Source: Paludibacteraceae bacterium (GTDB lineage Bacteria > Bacteroidota > Bacteroidia > Bacteroidales > Paludibacteraceae). Taken from it: a DNA stretch of 64,000 bases. Below, one piece after another: positions 36,828-45,114 of this stretch; the stretch's first letter is position 1, and each line of letters starts with the position of its first letter. The notes under the pieces were generated by a model that had not been told where the DNA came from, did not search any database, and worked only from the letters and a program-made list of their open reading frames with translations. The translations under genes and the position numbers were made by a program. Where the stretch lies: assembly GCA_051870755.1 (NCBI GenBank), contig JBJECE010000031.1, positions 15,242 to 79,241 on the forward strand. Direction: 5' to 3'.

Positions 36828-38015
36828 TCAATGCGTTTTTCTAAACAGACTCAACACCGCCCAACTAATCAACCACACACACACGCCGGCCACCACTGCC
36901 AATACGCAAGCGCCCAACACATACTGCCACAAATTCACCATCACCGAATCGAACGTAACTTCGCTGAACAGCAACGACACAGGATTCCCAAGCAACTGAC
37001 AACCAACCACATAACTACCAAACAAAATGAACGGAATCATCGGCGGAATGCTGATGTTGCTTGCCACTACGGCCAACACTTTGTTCAACCGCGCCACCTG
37101 CGCCACCGCCAAGGCAATCCACATCTGATAGCCCCACGCCGGCAATATGCCGCAACACACGCCCCAACCGATGGCCAACGACATGCGTAAATTGCTTTCG
37201 GGCGAATGCGTAATGTTGTTGCGCACAAAACGTTTGATGTTAGTCCACGTGAGCGCATGCAAAAAACGCCACGGATAATAGACCAACAACGCCACCAACA
37301 CCAAATAGGTGTTCAATATCGAGATGCGTGTAAAATCGCGCGCCGGACGAAAATGAGACACGCGCTCACCGGCCGGCGGATAATAGACTTTGATAGGCAC
37401 ATTGGCCACTTTGATGCCCTTCCACGCGGCACGCACCAGCACTTCGACCTCGAACTCGTAACGCGACGTAATAAAATATGTGTCGGCCAGACCGGCCAAC
37501 GGATAGAGGCGGAAACCCGACTGTGTATCAGTCAGTTTGATACCCGTTTCTGCCCAATACCAAAAGTTGGAAAACTTATTGGCAAACGTATTTTTCGACG
37601 GCATATTATCGGCTTGCAAATTGCGGGCGCCCACAAACAGCGTGTTCGGCGACTGCTCGGCAGCCTCCACAAACACAGCAATATCGTCGGCATAGTGCTG
37701 ACCATCGCTATCGATGGTAATGGCGTATGCATATCCCAAACGCGCAGCTTCGCGCAAACCGGTTTTCAACGCATAACCTTTGCCGCGATTGCGTTCGTAG
37801 GCAATGACATGCACATCGGGCTGCGACGCCAACAAGGCCGCCGTTTCGTCCGTGCTGCCATCGTTCACCACCAAAATGTCGTCGGCAAAACGCCGTACAG
37901 CGGCAATCACCTGCAACAACGTGGACGCATTGTTGTAGGTCGGCATCAACACAAGACCATGCAATGCCTTCAGCCGCTGTTTGACCGATTTGTCAGGTTC
38001 CAATATATCCGCCAT
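36828..38015 (-). CDS. GT2 glycosyltransferase fused to a DUF2062-like membrane domain
   Basis: GT-A N-domain with MPTYNNASTL, VVNDGSTDET and ITIDSDGQH. Four C-terminal TM helices. ATG at 38015; an alternative GTG start lies at 38027. Confidence 0.8.
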   Translation of the reverse strand: MADILEPDKSVKQRLKALHGLVLMPTYNNASTLLQVIAAVRRFADDILVVNDGSTDETAALLASQPDVHVIAYERNRGKGYALKTGLREAARLGYAYAITIDSDGQHYADDIAVFVEAAEQSPNTLFVGARNLQADNMPSKNTFANKFSNFWYWAETGIKLTDTQSGFRLYPLAGLADTYFITSRYEFEVEVLVRAAWKGIKVANVPIKVYYPPAGERVSHFRPARDFTRISILNTYLVLVALLVYYPWRFLHALTWTNIKRFVRNNITHSPESNLRMSLAIGWGVCCGILPAWGYQMWIALAVAQVARLNKVLAVVASNISIPPMIPFILFGSYVVGCQLLGNPVSLLFSEVTFDSVMVNLWQYVLGACVLAVVAGVCVWLISWAVLSLFRKTH

Positions 38016-38023
38016 CTGTTGTT

Positions 38024-38644
38024 TCACTGTTTAGTAACGTCGAATACACGTGCATCGATGGCTTGATTGAATGTTGGAGATTCAAACGTATATTCGGTAA
38101 AATTGCCATTCGCTTCGTTCATCCGCAACACCTGCAATGCCAAATTTTGCTTGTCGAACGTCAGTACAATAGATGCGTACATCTTTTTTGCCGATCCGTC
38201 GAACATGGCAGTCAAAATATAGTGTGCGTCGGTTTCGTCCACCACGAGTTGTGTGTTTCGGCCGGTTTTCAGACGTTCAAAATCGCCACTGACACAAGCC
38301 GTTAGCAACGTCCGCAACTGTTTCAGCATCGGGTTTGTTTGTGCATTGACAACGCTCCGCCGGCCATCGGCTATCATCACAAAATCATCGCCGTTCATCA
38401 ACAACAAATCGCCCTGCGGTTGGTCGTAAATCATACATATTTTATCGTTGTGCTGATAGTAAAAGCGCCCACTCGACACAACATCGTTTTTCAAAACCTG
38501 CACATGTCGGCGCTGCACAAACCGACTTGCTATAGTGTTGATAGTCGAGCCATTAGTCTGTAATTTGGTCAGTATAGCCGCACTATCGGCACAAGCCGTA
38601 CAAGCCACCAACGAAAACAGAATCGAAATGTATAAATGTTTCAT
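38024..38644 (-). CDS. LolA-like outer-membrane lipoprotein carrier protein
   Basis: Signal peptide, then FVQRRHVQVLKNDVVSSGRFYY. The ~200-aa size fits the LolA fold, and LolA-like genes are a typical companion of MMPL genes in aryl-polyene clusters. Confidence 0.65.
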   Translation of the reverse strand: MKHLYISILFSLVACTACADSAAILTKLQTNGSTINTIASRFVQRRHVQVLKNDVVSSGRFYYQHNDKICMIYDQPQGDLLLMNGDDFVMIADGRRSVVNAQTNPMLKQLRTLLTACVSGDFERLKTGRNTQLVVDETDAHYILTAMFDGSAKKMYASIVLTFDKQNLALQVLRMNEANGNFTEYTFESPTFNQAIDARVFDVTKQ

Positions 38645-38651
38645 AATGAAA

Positions 38652-39317
38652 TCAAATATTTGTTATCTCATAGTTATATTTTTGCAGCATCAGCAATATT
38701 TTTTCGAGCAACACATCGCTTTCGGCGCGATTGTCGTGCAGCAAAATGATGGCACCCGAATGCAAACGGCGTTCGATGCGCTGCACGATGTCGGTGCGTG
38801 TGCGTTTCGGATTCGTATCGTGCGAACGTATGCTCCACCCGACCGTTGTCAAGCCCAAGCGGCGCACCGCTCTGCCGATATGCGGATTGGTAACACCAAA
38901 TGGCGGTCGAAACCGCGTAACAGGTTGTCCGGCAAGTTGTTCGAGCAGATTGCGCGTGCGCTGCAAATCGGCCGTTATGGTGGCTGTCGCGCCCAAAGGA
39001 AACGTATTCTGATGCCGCCATGTGTGAATGCCGATGGTATGCCCTTCGGCCACCATGCGCCGCACAATATCGGGATGCGCCTGTGCCCGTTCGCCTACCA
39101 AAAAAAACGTTGCCTTAACATGGTGGCGCCGCAGCACATCAAGCACCAACGGCGTTTGCACCTCGTCAACGCCATCGTCAAAAGTCAGCATCACCTGTTT
39201 GCGGTCGGTCGGTATGCGGCAGACCGCCTTGACATACACGCCCGAACCAACATTGTACGAAGCGTAAAACAAAAACAGCAAAATGCTAACTATCAATATA
39301 ATAACACAAAAAATCAT
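38652..39317 (-). CDS. Polysaccharide deacetylase (NodB homology domain), membrane anchored
   Basis: TFDDGVD, HVKATFFLVG and GHTIGIHTWRH motifs. The ATG at 39317 overlaps the upstream TGA by 1 nt. Confidence 0.85.
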   Translation of the reverse strand: MIFCVIILIVSILLFLFYASYNVGSGVYVKAVCRIPTDRKQVMLTFDDGVDEVQTPLVLDVLRRHHVKATFFLVGERAQAHPDIVRRMVAEGHTIGIHTWRHQNTFPLGATATITADLQRTRNLLEQLAGQPVTRFRPPFGVTNPHIGRAVRRLGLTTVGWSIRSHDTNPKRTRTDIVQRIERRLHSGAIILLHDNRAESDVLLEKILLMLQKYNYEITNI

Positions 39318-40105
39318 CAACAAGCACGAATATGTAACATAGTCGGCATAGTGCCGAAATAACTATTGTAAAGCGTCAGTGTGGGCATATCGGCCGACAA
39401 GCGCCCCAGCGCCTCGAACAGCACCGCAGCGGCCGCCGTATGAAACACGCCGCACGCGTCGTAATCATTATAAATCAGCGCATTGCCATATTTTTGGTGC
39501 AAATCGTGTTCGGCAAGCGGTGCGGGCAAAAATTCCGGCACGTCGATTGTCGCCACACAATTTTCGCCACGTCGGTCGGACAGGACGAAAAAATAAGCGC
39601 CTTCGCCGGCGTGCGCACGCCGCCACAAGCCCATACGTTCCATTATTTTGTGTTGTGTCGGCGTAGTTTCGTCGAACGCGCCAAGCAACACATTGTGCGC
39701 TTCACCGCCGTCGAGCAAGAGTATTGCATCAAGCAATGCGCTCTCGAAACTGCGTCCGCGATGCGTATAAGTCATATTGTAGCAATGGTTTTTGCACAAC
39801 AAGCCAATTTGTCCGCCTACCGTATTGAACGTCGATTGTATGAACGGCGTCGGGTTGAGCAACTGTTCATCGTTTTCGATGAAATTGCGGAGAAATTTTT
39901 CGCTATCGTCCAAGCAGCCGAATCCTGTAGCCGTAATAATGGCATCGATGGCCTCAACTCCAACGGCTTGCACGCACTCCATACCGACACTTACGCCACG
40001 TTTGACAATGCGGCTCATCCGTCGCCGCAAAATCGGGTCGGGAATCAGTTCTTTGATGTCCGTTTTCAACGTTTTATCGGACGCTATGGCATTAATGAAT
40101 ATCAT
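39317..40105 (-). CDS. Beta-ketoacyl synthase N-terminal-like / chain-length-factor-like protein (no active-site Cys motif seen)
   Basis: Thiolase-fold-like segments (ATGFGCLDDSEKFL, NPTPFIQSTFNTVGGQIGL), as in the KS-partner proteins of aryl-polyene clusters. ATG at 40105. Confidence 0.65.
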   Translation of the reverse strand: MIFINAIASDKTLKTDIKELIPDPILRRRMSRIVKRGVSVGMECVQAVGVEAIDAIITATGFGCLDDSEKFLRNFIENDEQLLNPTPFIQSTFNTVGGQIGLLCKNHCYNMTYTHRGRSFESALLDAILLLDGGEAHNVLLGAFDETTPTQHKIMERMGLWRRAHAGEGAYFFVLSDRRGENCVATIDVPEFLPAPLAEHDLHQKYGNALIYNDYDACGVFHTAAAAVLFEALGRLSADMPTLTLYNSYFGTMPTMLHIRAC

Positions 40106-40111
40106 TTGCAA

Positions 40112-40987
40112 TTAAAATGGTAAAGTGCGTGTATATTCTGCAGGCGGTTCTGATGCCAACATCAGCGATTGTTGTTTGGTTATGTCGCCACAAATTTTTG
40201 ACTTGTATTTGGCAAAAATTGCAACATTTTCAATTTCACATTTTCGTTTTGTGCTTAATTCTAAAAATTCACGTTCTCTATCAATACCGAGGAATTTCCG
40301 TCCCAATAAATTTGCAGCAATTCCCGTTGTGCTACTACCGGAAAATGGGTCTAAAATCCACTCATTTACTTTGGTTGAGGCTTGAATTATGCGTGCCAAC
40401 AAAGCCAAAGGTTTCTGCGTTGGATGTTTACCACACGATTTTTCCCAAGATGCAATCGCCGGCAAATTCCACACATCCTTCATTTGAGTGCCGCCGTTTA
40501 TTTCCTTCATCAGTTCGTAGTTGTAGAAATGTTTTCCCGACTTGCTTTTACGCGCCCACAGAATAAATTCGGTAGAATGCGTAAAATAACGACAACTTAA
40601 ATTTGGCGGCGGATTGGTTTTTGCCCATGTTACACAATTGAGAATTTTATAGTCCAATTCGGTCAGCATCTGCGCCACCGAAAAAATATTGTGATATGTG
40701 CCACTAATCCAAATTGTACCATTCTCTTGCAACTTATCTCGACACGCCGTCAACCACATGCGGTTAAATTCATTGTCCTTTTCAAAGCCTTGCGATTTAT
40801 CCCAATCTCCCTTATTTACACTCACCATTTTGCCACTCTGTACAGAAATACCACCGTTAGAGAGAAAATACGGTGGGTCTGCAAAAATCATGTCGAACTT
40901 AAAATCAAACTGATTCATAAGTTCAACACAATCGCCTTGCAATAAAGTAAATGCGCGATCATCGGATTTGAAAAAAGGAGTAATCAT
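40112..40987 (-). CDS. dpnA: DpnA (M2.DpnII)-like N6-adenine DNA methyltransferase
   Basis: Long colinear identity with pneumococcal DpnA as I remember it: DMIFADPPYFLSNGGIS, VSVNKGDWDK, NLSCRYFTHSTEFILWARK, GKHPTQKP, ILDPFSGSSTTG. Confidence 0.88.
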   Translation of the reverse strand: MITPFFKSDDRAFTLLQGDCVELMNQFDFKFDMIFADPPYFLSNGGISVQSGKMVSVNKGDWDKSQGFEKDNEFNRMWLTACRDKLQENGTIWISGTYHNIFSVAQMLTELDYKILNCVTWAKTNPPPNLSCRYFTHSTEFILWARKSKSGKHFYNYELMKEINGGTQMKDVWNLPAIASWEKSCGKHPTQKPLALLARIIQASTKVNEWILDPFSGSSTTGIAANLLGRKFLGIDREREFLELSTKRKCEIENVAIFAKYKSKICGDITKQQSLMLASEPPAEYTRTLPF

Positions 40988-41562
40988 TGAACGTATTTTG
41001 CAGTCGCTATTTGCACAATATTAAAAATGTTTTTGTGTTCTTTTAAAGCTTCCAATAAAGATTTGAACATATAAGCTTCATCTTTATTAGTTTTTTCCTG
41101 GATTATTAACAGTTTTGCTAACAAATAAAGAAATTTAATACTATATTCTCCTTTATTTGCCAATTGTAAGTAATTTTTCGCCTCTTTTTCAACATCAGCC
41201 AACAAAACATCTGAGTTGAGCAAATCCCCTTTTACTGATTCAGTAGTAATTGCAGGCATTTTATCCCATAAAGACAAAAGTAAATCAATAAATTTAGCAG
41301 TAGCCCGTTTGTTAGAATGTTGTTTGAGTAAAATATCAACTGCCCAATGAACATGCTTTGGAGTACGAATACGACTCCACTTATCATTCTCCAGTTGTCG
41401 ATATCTAATCACAATATCATATGTTGACAATTTCCCATTATACACTGCTAAAACATAATGGCTATTGACAGGGAATTGGGCGATAGGCCTAATCCCTCTG
41501 TAAACCATAGAAACTTCACTTGCCTGCGTGTGTTTAAAGTTCCTTATTTGTTTTTTCTTCAT
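40984..41562 (-). CDS. Hypothetical protein (orfX) inside the RM cassette
   Basis: Open frame of 193-197 aa, basic N-terminus, no motif I recognise. Its TGA overlaps the dpnA-like ATG (ATGA). Candidate starts are ATG 41562 (29-nt overlap with the R gene) or ATG 41508. Confidence 0.6.
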   Translation of the reverse strand: MKKKQIRNFKHTQASEVSMVYRGIRPIAQFPVNSHYVLAVYNGKLSTYDIVIRYRQLENDKWSRIRTPKHVHWAVDILLKQHSNKRATAKFIDLLLSLWDKMPAITTESVKGDLLNSDVLLADVEKEAKNYLQLANKGEYSIKFLYLLAKLLIIQEKTNKDEAYMFKSLLEALKEHKNIFNIVQIATAKYVQ

Positions 41563-42379
41563 ATTGAATTTTTTCAATAAAACTCGTCAAACTTGTCAAA
41601 TTATAAAGACTCGGTATAATTGAAAATGCTTCTTCTAATTTGTTTTTAGCAGAAAGCCAACCCTGTCCATCGGTTATCCATACAAATTCATAAGCGGGAT
41701 ATTGATTAATTTTTGGAGCAAGTTCGGAATATGACCGAGCGACTTCATTCAATTTTGAACCACCACTATTATAAAAATTCGTTTCAATCAAATAGGTCTT
41801 AACAGGCGTTTCTACAACAAAATCAAAGCGTTTTAAATCTCCACCCAAACTTTTTAAATCAGCAAATTCATTACTATAAACTTCTGTTCGATAGTGAATA
41901 CCAGCGTCAGTAAATATTTTTGCTACCGCATGTTCCATGTTATGTCCACCGCGATTTTTACGCGCATTCGTATCTAAACCGACTTCGATACCGAAAACAT
42001 AATCGACTAAATTCGTTATCTTTTTAGACCGAAAAACATCAGCAAGTCCTGTACCTTCAATATATTCAATAACGCCATCTGCAGTTGTGAAATAATCTTC
42101 TAACAACTGCGGTTTGAAATCTTTATTGAGAACCATTTTTTTATCCGATTTCCGAACGGCAACAAGTATTTCTAAAATTTCAAATGTTAAAGGATTCTCA
42201 TCAAACAAATCTTTAATCGCTGTGTGCAAATCAGTTTTACCAAGTAAATAATTCAATTGGTTCAATTTAATTGCAATTTTGCCAACATTGGCTGACACCT
42301 TTTTAAAATCGGTAAAACCGTCAAGCGTAGCATTAGTTCTTTTTAATTGAGATAAAAATAATTCAAAGTTGTATATCAT
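41534..42379 (-). CDS. dpnB: Type II restriction endonuclease, DpnII/MboI family (GATC)
   Basis: Colinear with R.DpnII as I remember it: NLVDYVFGIEVGLDTNARKNRGG, KRFDFVV, YLIETNFYNSGGSKLNEVARSY, FVWITDGQGW. The ATG at 42379 aligns with the DpnII N-terminus. Confidence 0.88.
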   Translation of the reverse strand: MIYNFELFLSQLKRTNATLDGFTDFKKVSANVGKIAIKLNQLNYLLGKTDLHTAIKDLFDENPLTFEILEILVAVRKSDKKMVLNKDFKPQLLEDYFTTADGVIEYIEGTGLADVFRSKKITNLVDYVFGIEVGLDTNARKNRGGHNMEHAVAKIFTDAGIHYRTEVYSNEFADLKSLGGDLKRFDFVVETPVKTYLIETNFYNSGGSKLNEVARSYSELAPKINQYPAYEFVWITDGQGWLSAKNKLEEAFSIIPSLYNLTSLTSFIEKIQYEEKTNKEL

Positions 42380-43616
42380 AATATATATGTTTTTTTGCAT
42401 AATGCTCAACTGCAAAATCAGTATGAACTAAATTATCGTGGGCTAAATTATCAGGACTCAACACCAAAACATCTATATACTTTAATCCCATTTCCTTGGC
42501 TGCAGTATATCTATGCTGTCCATCTCTTATAAAATATTCATCATCAACAAAAATAGGTTCCCAACCTTCAATATGAAAATCATGCACAATACTGTCAACA
42601 GTTTCTTTATATATTGGATTTGCATAATCAAGTCTTTGTTTATCAATATGTATTCGTTCAATAGCCACTTTCTTCTCTATTGTCCCAAGTAATTGATATG
42701 AGGGATATTCATGTAATATGGGAATATAATTTGGCCTGCAAAAATTGTTTATCATCAATTCCGTCAATTTTCCTCGTTTTGCAGCATTGGCATTAACCAT
42801 CCGCGTAGCAAATACACGTTTAATGTCAAAAGCCGCATATAATTTATCAAAAAAATCATCATGCGGATTTTTGCCCTTCACGTCCGCATTGCTCAAAATA
42901 AAATGAGCACCACAACGATTTATTTCAACACAAAAATCACGCAAACGAATTTGTTCGGCATCGTTAAAATTTTCTTTCGCATAAGAAGTAAAACTCGATG
43001 TCTTGCTCAAAGGTTTGTACGGTGGATCGCAATAAAAAAAACTATTTTTGTCGGCAAATTGAAGCGTTTCGGAAAAATCACCGGTCAAAATTCTGACTTT
43101 TTGCAACAATTTGCTGTCTGCTAAAATCGTCTGTTCATCACAAATTTTCGGATTGGCATATCTTCCAAACGGCACATTAAACAAACCGTGTTTATTCACA
43201 CGATACAAACCATTAAAACAAGTACGATTCAAAAAAATAAACAATGCTGTATTTTCAACGACATCCAACGATTTTGTATTGAAACGTGCACGTTTTTGCA
43301 TATAGTATAGTTTGCGTTGTTCGTCATTCAATGGCATATATTCTGACTGAATTGCCTGCAATTCCAAAATCAAATCCTCCGGATTATCTCTGACAATTTG
43401 GTACGCTAACATCAAATCAGGATTGATGTCGGTAATAACTGCTTGCGTGATATTCGGATATTTTTGCAGAATCCAAAACAACACTGCTCCACCGCCCACA
43501 AACGGTTCGATGTAAGTTACATTTTTTCGTTGCGAGAAATCAGCTGGCAAAGTGCGTTCTATAATATTCAATAGTTGCGTTTTACCACCTACCCATTTTA
43601 TGAAAGGTTTTGCCAT
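42363..43616 (-). CDS. Dam-family (alpha-class, DpnM-like) N6-adenine methyltransferase with a C-terminal ParB/Srx-like domain
   Basis: MAKPFIKWVGGK, EPFVGGGAV and FYCDPPY define the Dam core (aa ~1-295). The extra ~125 aa contain PIFVDDEYFIRDGQHRYTAAKEMGLKYIDVLV, which carries a ParB N-domain DGxHR-type motif (nt ~42459-42674). Confidence 0.8.
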   Translation of the reverse strand: MAKPFIKWVGGKTQLLNIIERTLPADFSQRKNVTYIEPFVGGGAVLFWILQKYPNITQAVITDINPDLMLAYQIVRDNPEDLILELQAIQSEYMPLNDEQRKLYYMQKRARFNTKSLDVVENTALFIFLNRTCFNGLYRVNKHGLFNVPFGRYANPKICDEQTILADSKLLQKVRILTGDFSETLQFADKNSFFYCDPPYKPLSKTSSFTSYAKENFNDAEQIRLRDFCVEINRCGAHFILSNADVKGKNPHDDFFDKLYAAFDIKRVFATRMVNANAAKRGKLTELMINNFCRPNYIPILHEYPSYQLLGTIEKKVAIERIHIDKQRLDYANPIYKETVDSIVHDFHIEGWEPIFVDDEYFIRDGQHRYTAAKEMGLKYIDVLVLSPDNLAHDNLVHTDFAVEHYAKKHIYYDIQL

Positions 43617-43639
43617 TATCATGCTACAAAAATACAGAA

Positions 43640-44815
43640 TTATTTTCTAAAAATCAATGTCGAACAATTACCGCCAAAACCGAAAGAATTGCTCATGACC
43701 ACACGCAGAGGACGACCGTCCGAAAAAACCGTTTCGGGTATCAAAGCAAAAGTGTCGATGGGCGACTCGAAACCCAAATTCGGGTAAATGGCACCATGTC
43801 GCAGCGACAGCATGGCAAACACGGCTTCGATGCCACCGGCCGCAGCCAACGTGTGTCCCGTAAAAGCCTTAGTGGAACTGAACGGCGGAATCTTTTCGCC
43901 AAACAGTCGTAACAAAGCGGCACTCTCGGCAGCATCATTGTTGCCCGTACCCGTGCCGTGTACGTTGATGTAATCAATCGCATCTGTTGATAACTGCGCC
44001 ATTGCCATCGCTTTCGACATTGACAGAAACGCTCCGTCTCCAGATTGCGAAGATGCCGTTTGATGAAACGAATCATTAGCGTTCGCAAACCCAATAAGTG
44101 TGCCATAATTATTGGGAGGCATCAAATCGGCACGCTGCAAAACCACGAAACCGGCGCCTTCACCCAAATTCAGTCCGGCGCGTATGGCATTGAACGGGCG
44201 ACAACGTTGCGCATCCAATATTTTCAGCGAATTGAAACCGTTGAGCGTAAATTGGCACAAAGCATCGGTACCACCGGCCACAACAGCATCGAGCAAACCG
44301 GCACGAATCAAACGGGCACCGAACATGATGGCGTTGGCCGACGACGAACACGCGGTCGAAATGGTGGTAGAAAAGTCGCGTATGCCGCAATAATCGGCTA
44401 TCCGCAACGTGCTATCGGCACTATCGTGATGTACAACCATGCGCAAGCGGCCTTTGGAGTTGTCGTACATAAAATCACGGTAAAACCGTTCTGTCAAATC
44501 CATGCCGCCGACCGACGTGGCCGACACCAAACCGACACGGACATTGGCGGGCAAATGCGCATCATCGACGGCCTCGGCTGCGGCCAACATACCCAAAAGT
44601 GCCGTTCGCGAAACCGTTTCTGTCTGTGACAGCCCGAGTTGGCGTTTCAGTGCGCCGTTATCATATTTGACCTCGCCGACAGGCACACGAAGAGACGTTT
44701 TGAACAATGTAATATCGCCCAAACCGCTTTGCCCGGCACGTAACGCCGCATAATTGTCGCGCACACCGACACCTAACGCCGATACAATGCCTATGCCTGA
44801 AACGAGAATATCCAT
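43640..44815 (-). CDS. Beta-ketoacyl-ACP synthase (FabF-like KS)
   Basis: Active-site motif ISTACSSSANAI, with His motifs NVHGTGTGNND and GHTLAAAG. Confidence 0.88.
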   Translation of the reverse strand: MDILVSGIGIVSALGVGVRDNYAALRAGQSGLGDITLFKTSLRVPVGEVKYDNGALKRQLGLSQTETVSRTALLGMLAAAEAVDDAHLPANVRVGLVSATSVGGMDLTERFYRDFMYDNSKGRLRMVVHHDSADSTLRIADYCGIRDFSTTISTACSSSANAIMFGARLIRAGLLDAVVAGGTDALCQFTLNGFNSLKILDAQRCRPFNAIRAGLNLGEGAGFVVLQRADLMPPNNYGTLIGFANANDSFHQTASSQSGDGAFLSMSKAMAMAQLSTDAIDYINVHGTGTGNNDAAESAALLRLFGEKIPPFSSTKAFTGHTLAAAGGIEAVFAMLSLRHGAIYPNLGFESPIDTFALIPETVFSDGRPLRVVMSNSFGFGGNCSTLIFRK

Positions 44816-44827
44816 CCGTACCTTGAT

Positions 44828-45085
44828 TTACTTCGTTCGGTTGGCGGCTACAAACTCGGCCAGCGTCCGCACCGAATAAAAGTGCGGTTTGGCAGCTTTC
44901 GGGTCGTCGAGTTTGATGCCGTAATGCTTTTCCAAAATCAAAATGACTTCAAGGGCATCTATCGAGTCGAGTCCCAGACCGTCGCCAAACAACGGTGCGT
45001 CGGCATCGATGTCGACCGGTGTCATATCTTCCAAATTCAGAGCCTCAATCAATTGATTTTTAAGTTGTTCAATCAGTTCATCCAT
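44828..45085 (-). CDS. Acyl carrier protein
   Basis: 85 aa with the phosphopantetheine attachment motif GLGLDSIDALE. Confidence 0.85.
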   Translation of the reverse strand: MDELIEQLKNQLIEALNLEDMTPVDIDADAPLFGDGLGLDSIDALEVILILEKHYGIKLDDPKAAKPHFYSVRTLAEFVAANRTK

Positions 45086-45114
45086 AGTTCTTTGTTATTG
45101 TAATTATGTAACAA

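Larger units (their letters stand above)
40112..43622 (-). other. AT-rich four-gene DpnII-type (GATC) restriction-modification cassette embedded in the biosynthetic operon
   Basis: A sample line at 41041-41100 has 15/60 G+C, versus 33/60 at 44161-44220. It contains the Dam-ParB, R.DpnII-like, orfX and DpnA-like genes, all overlapping or abutting. Only 6 nt and 17 nt separate the cassette from the flanking cluster genes. Confidence 0.85.

Noticed and set aside
40106-43639. Calling the RM cassette a mobile element with defined ends.
   Set aside because: I found no flanking direct or inverted repeats and no recombinase. Only the compositional contrast and the operon interruption support acquisition, so it is reported as a horizontally acquired cassette and not as a defined mobile element.
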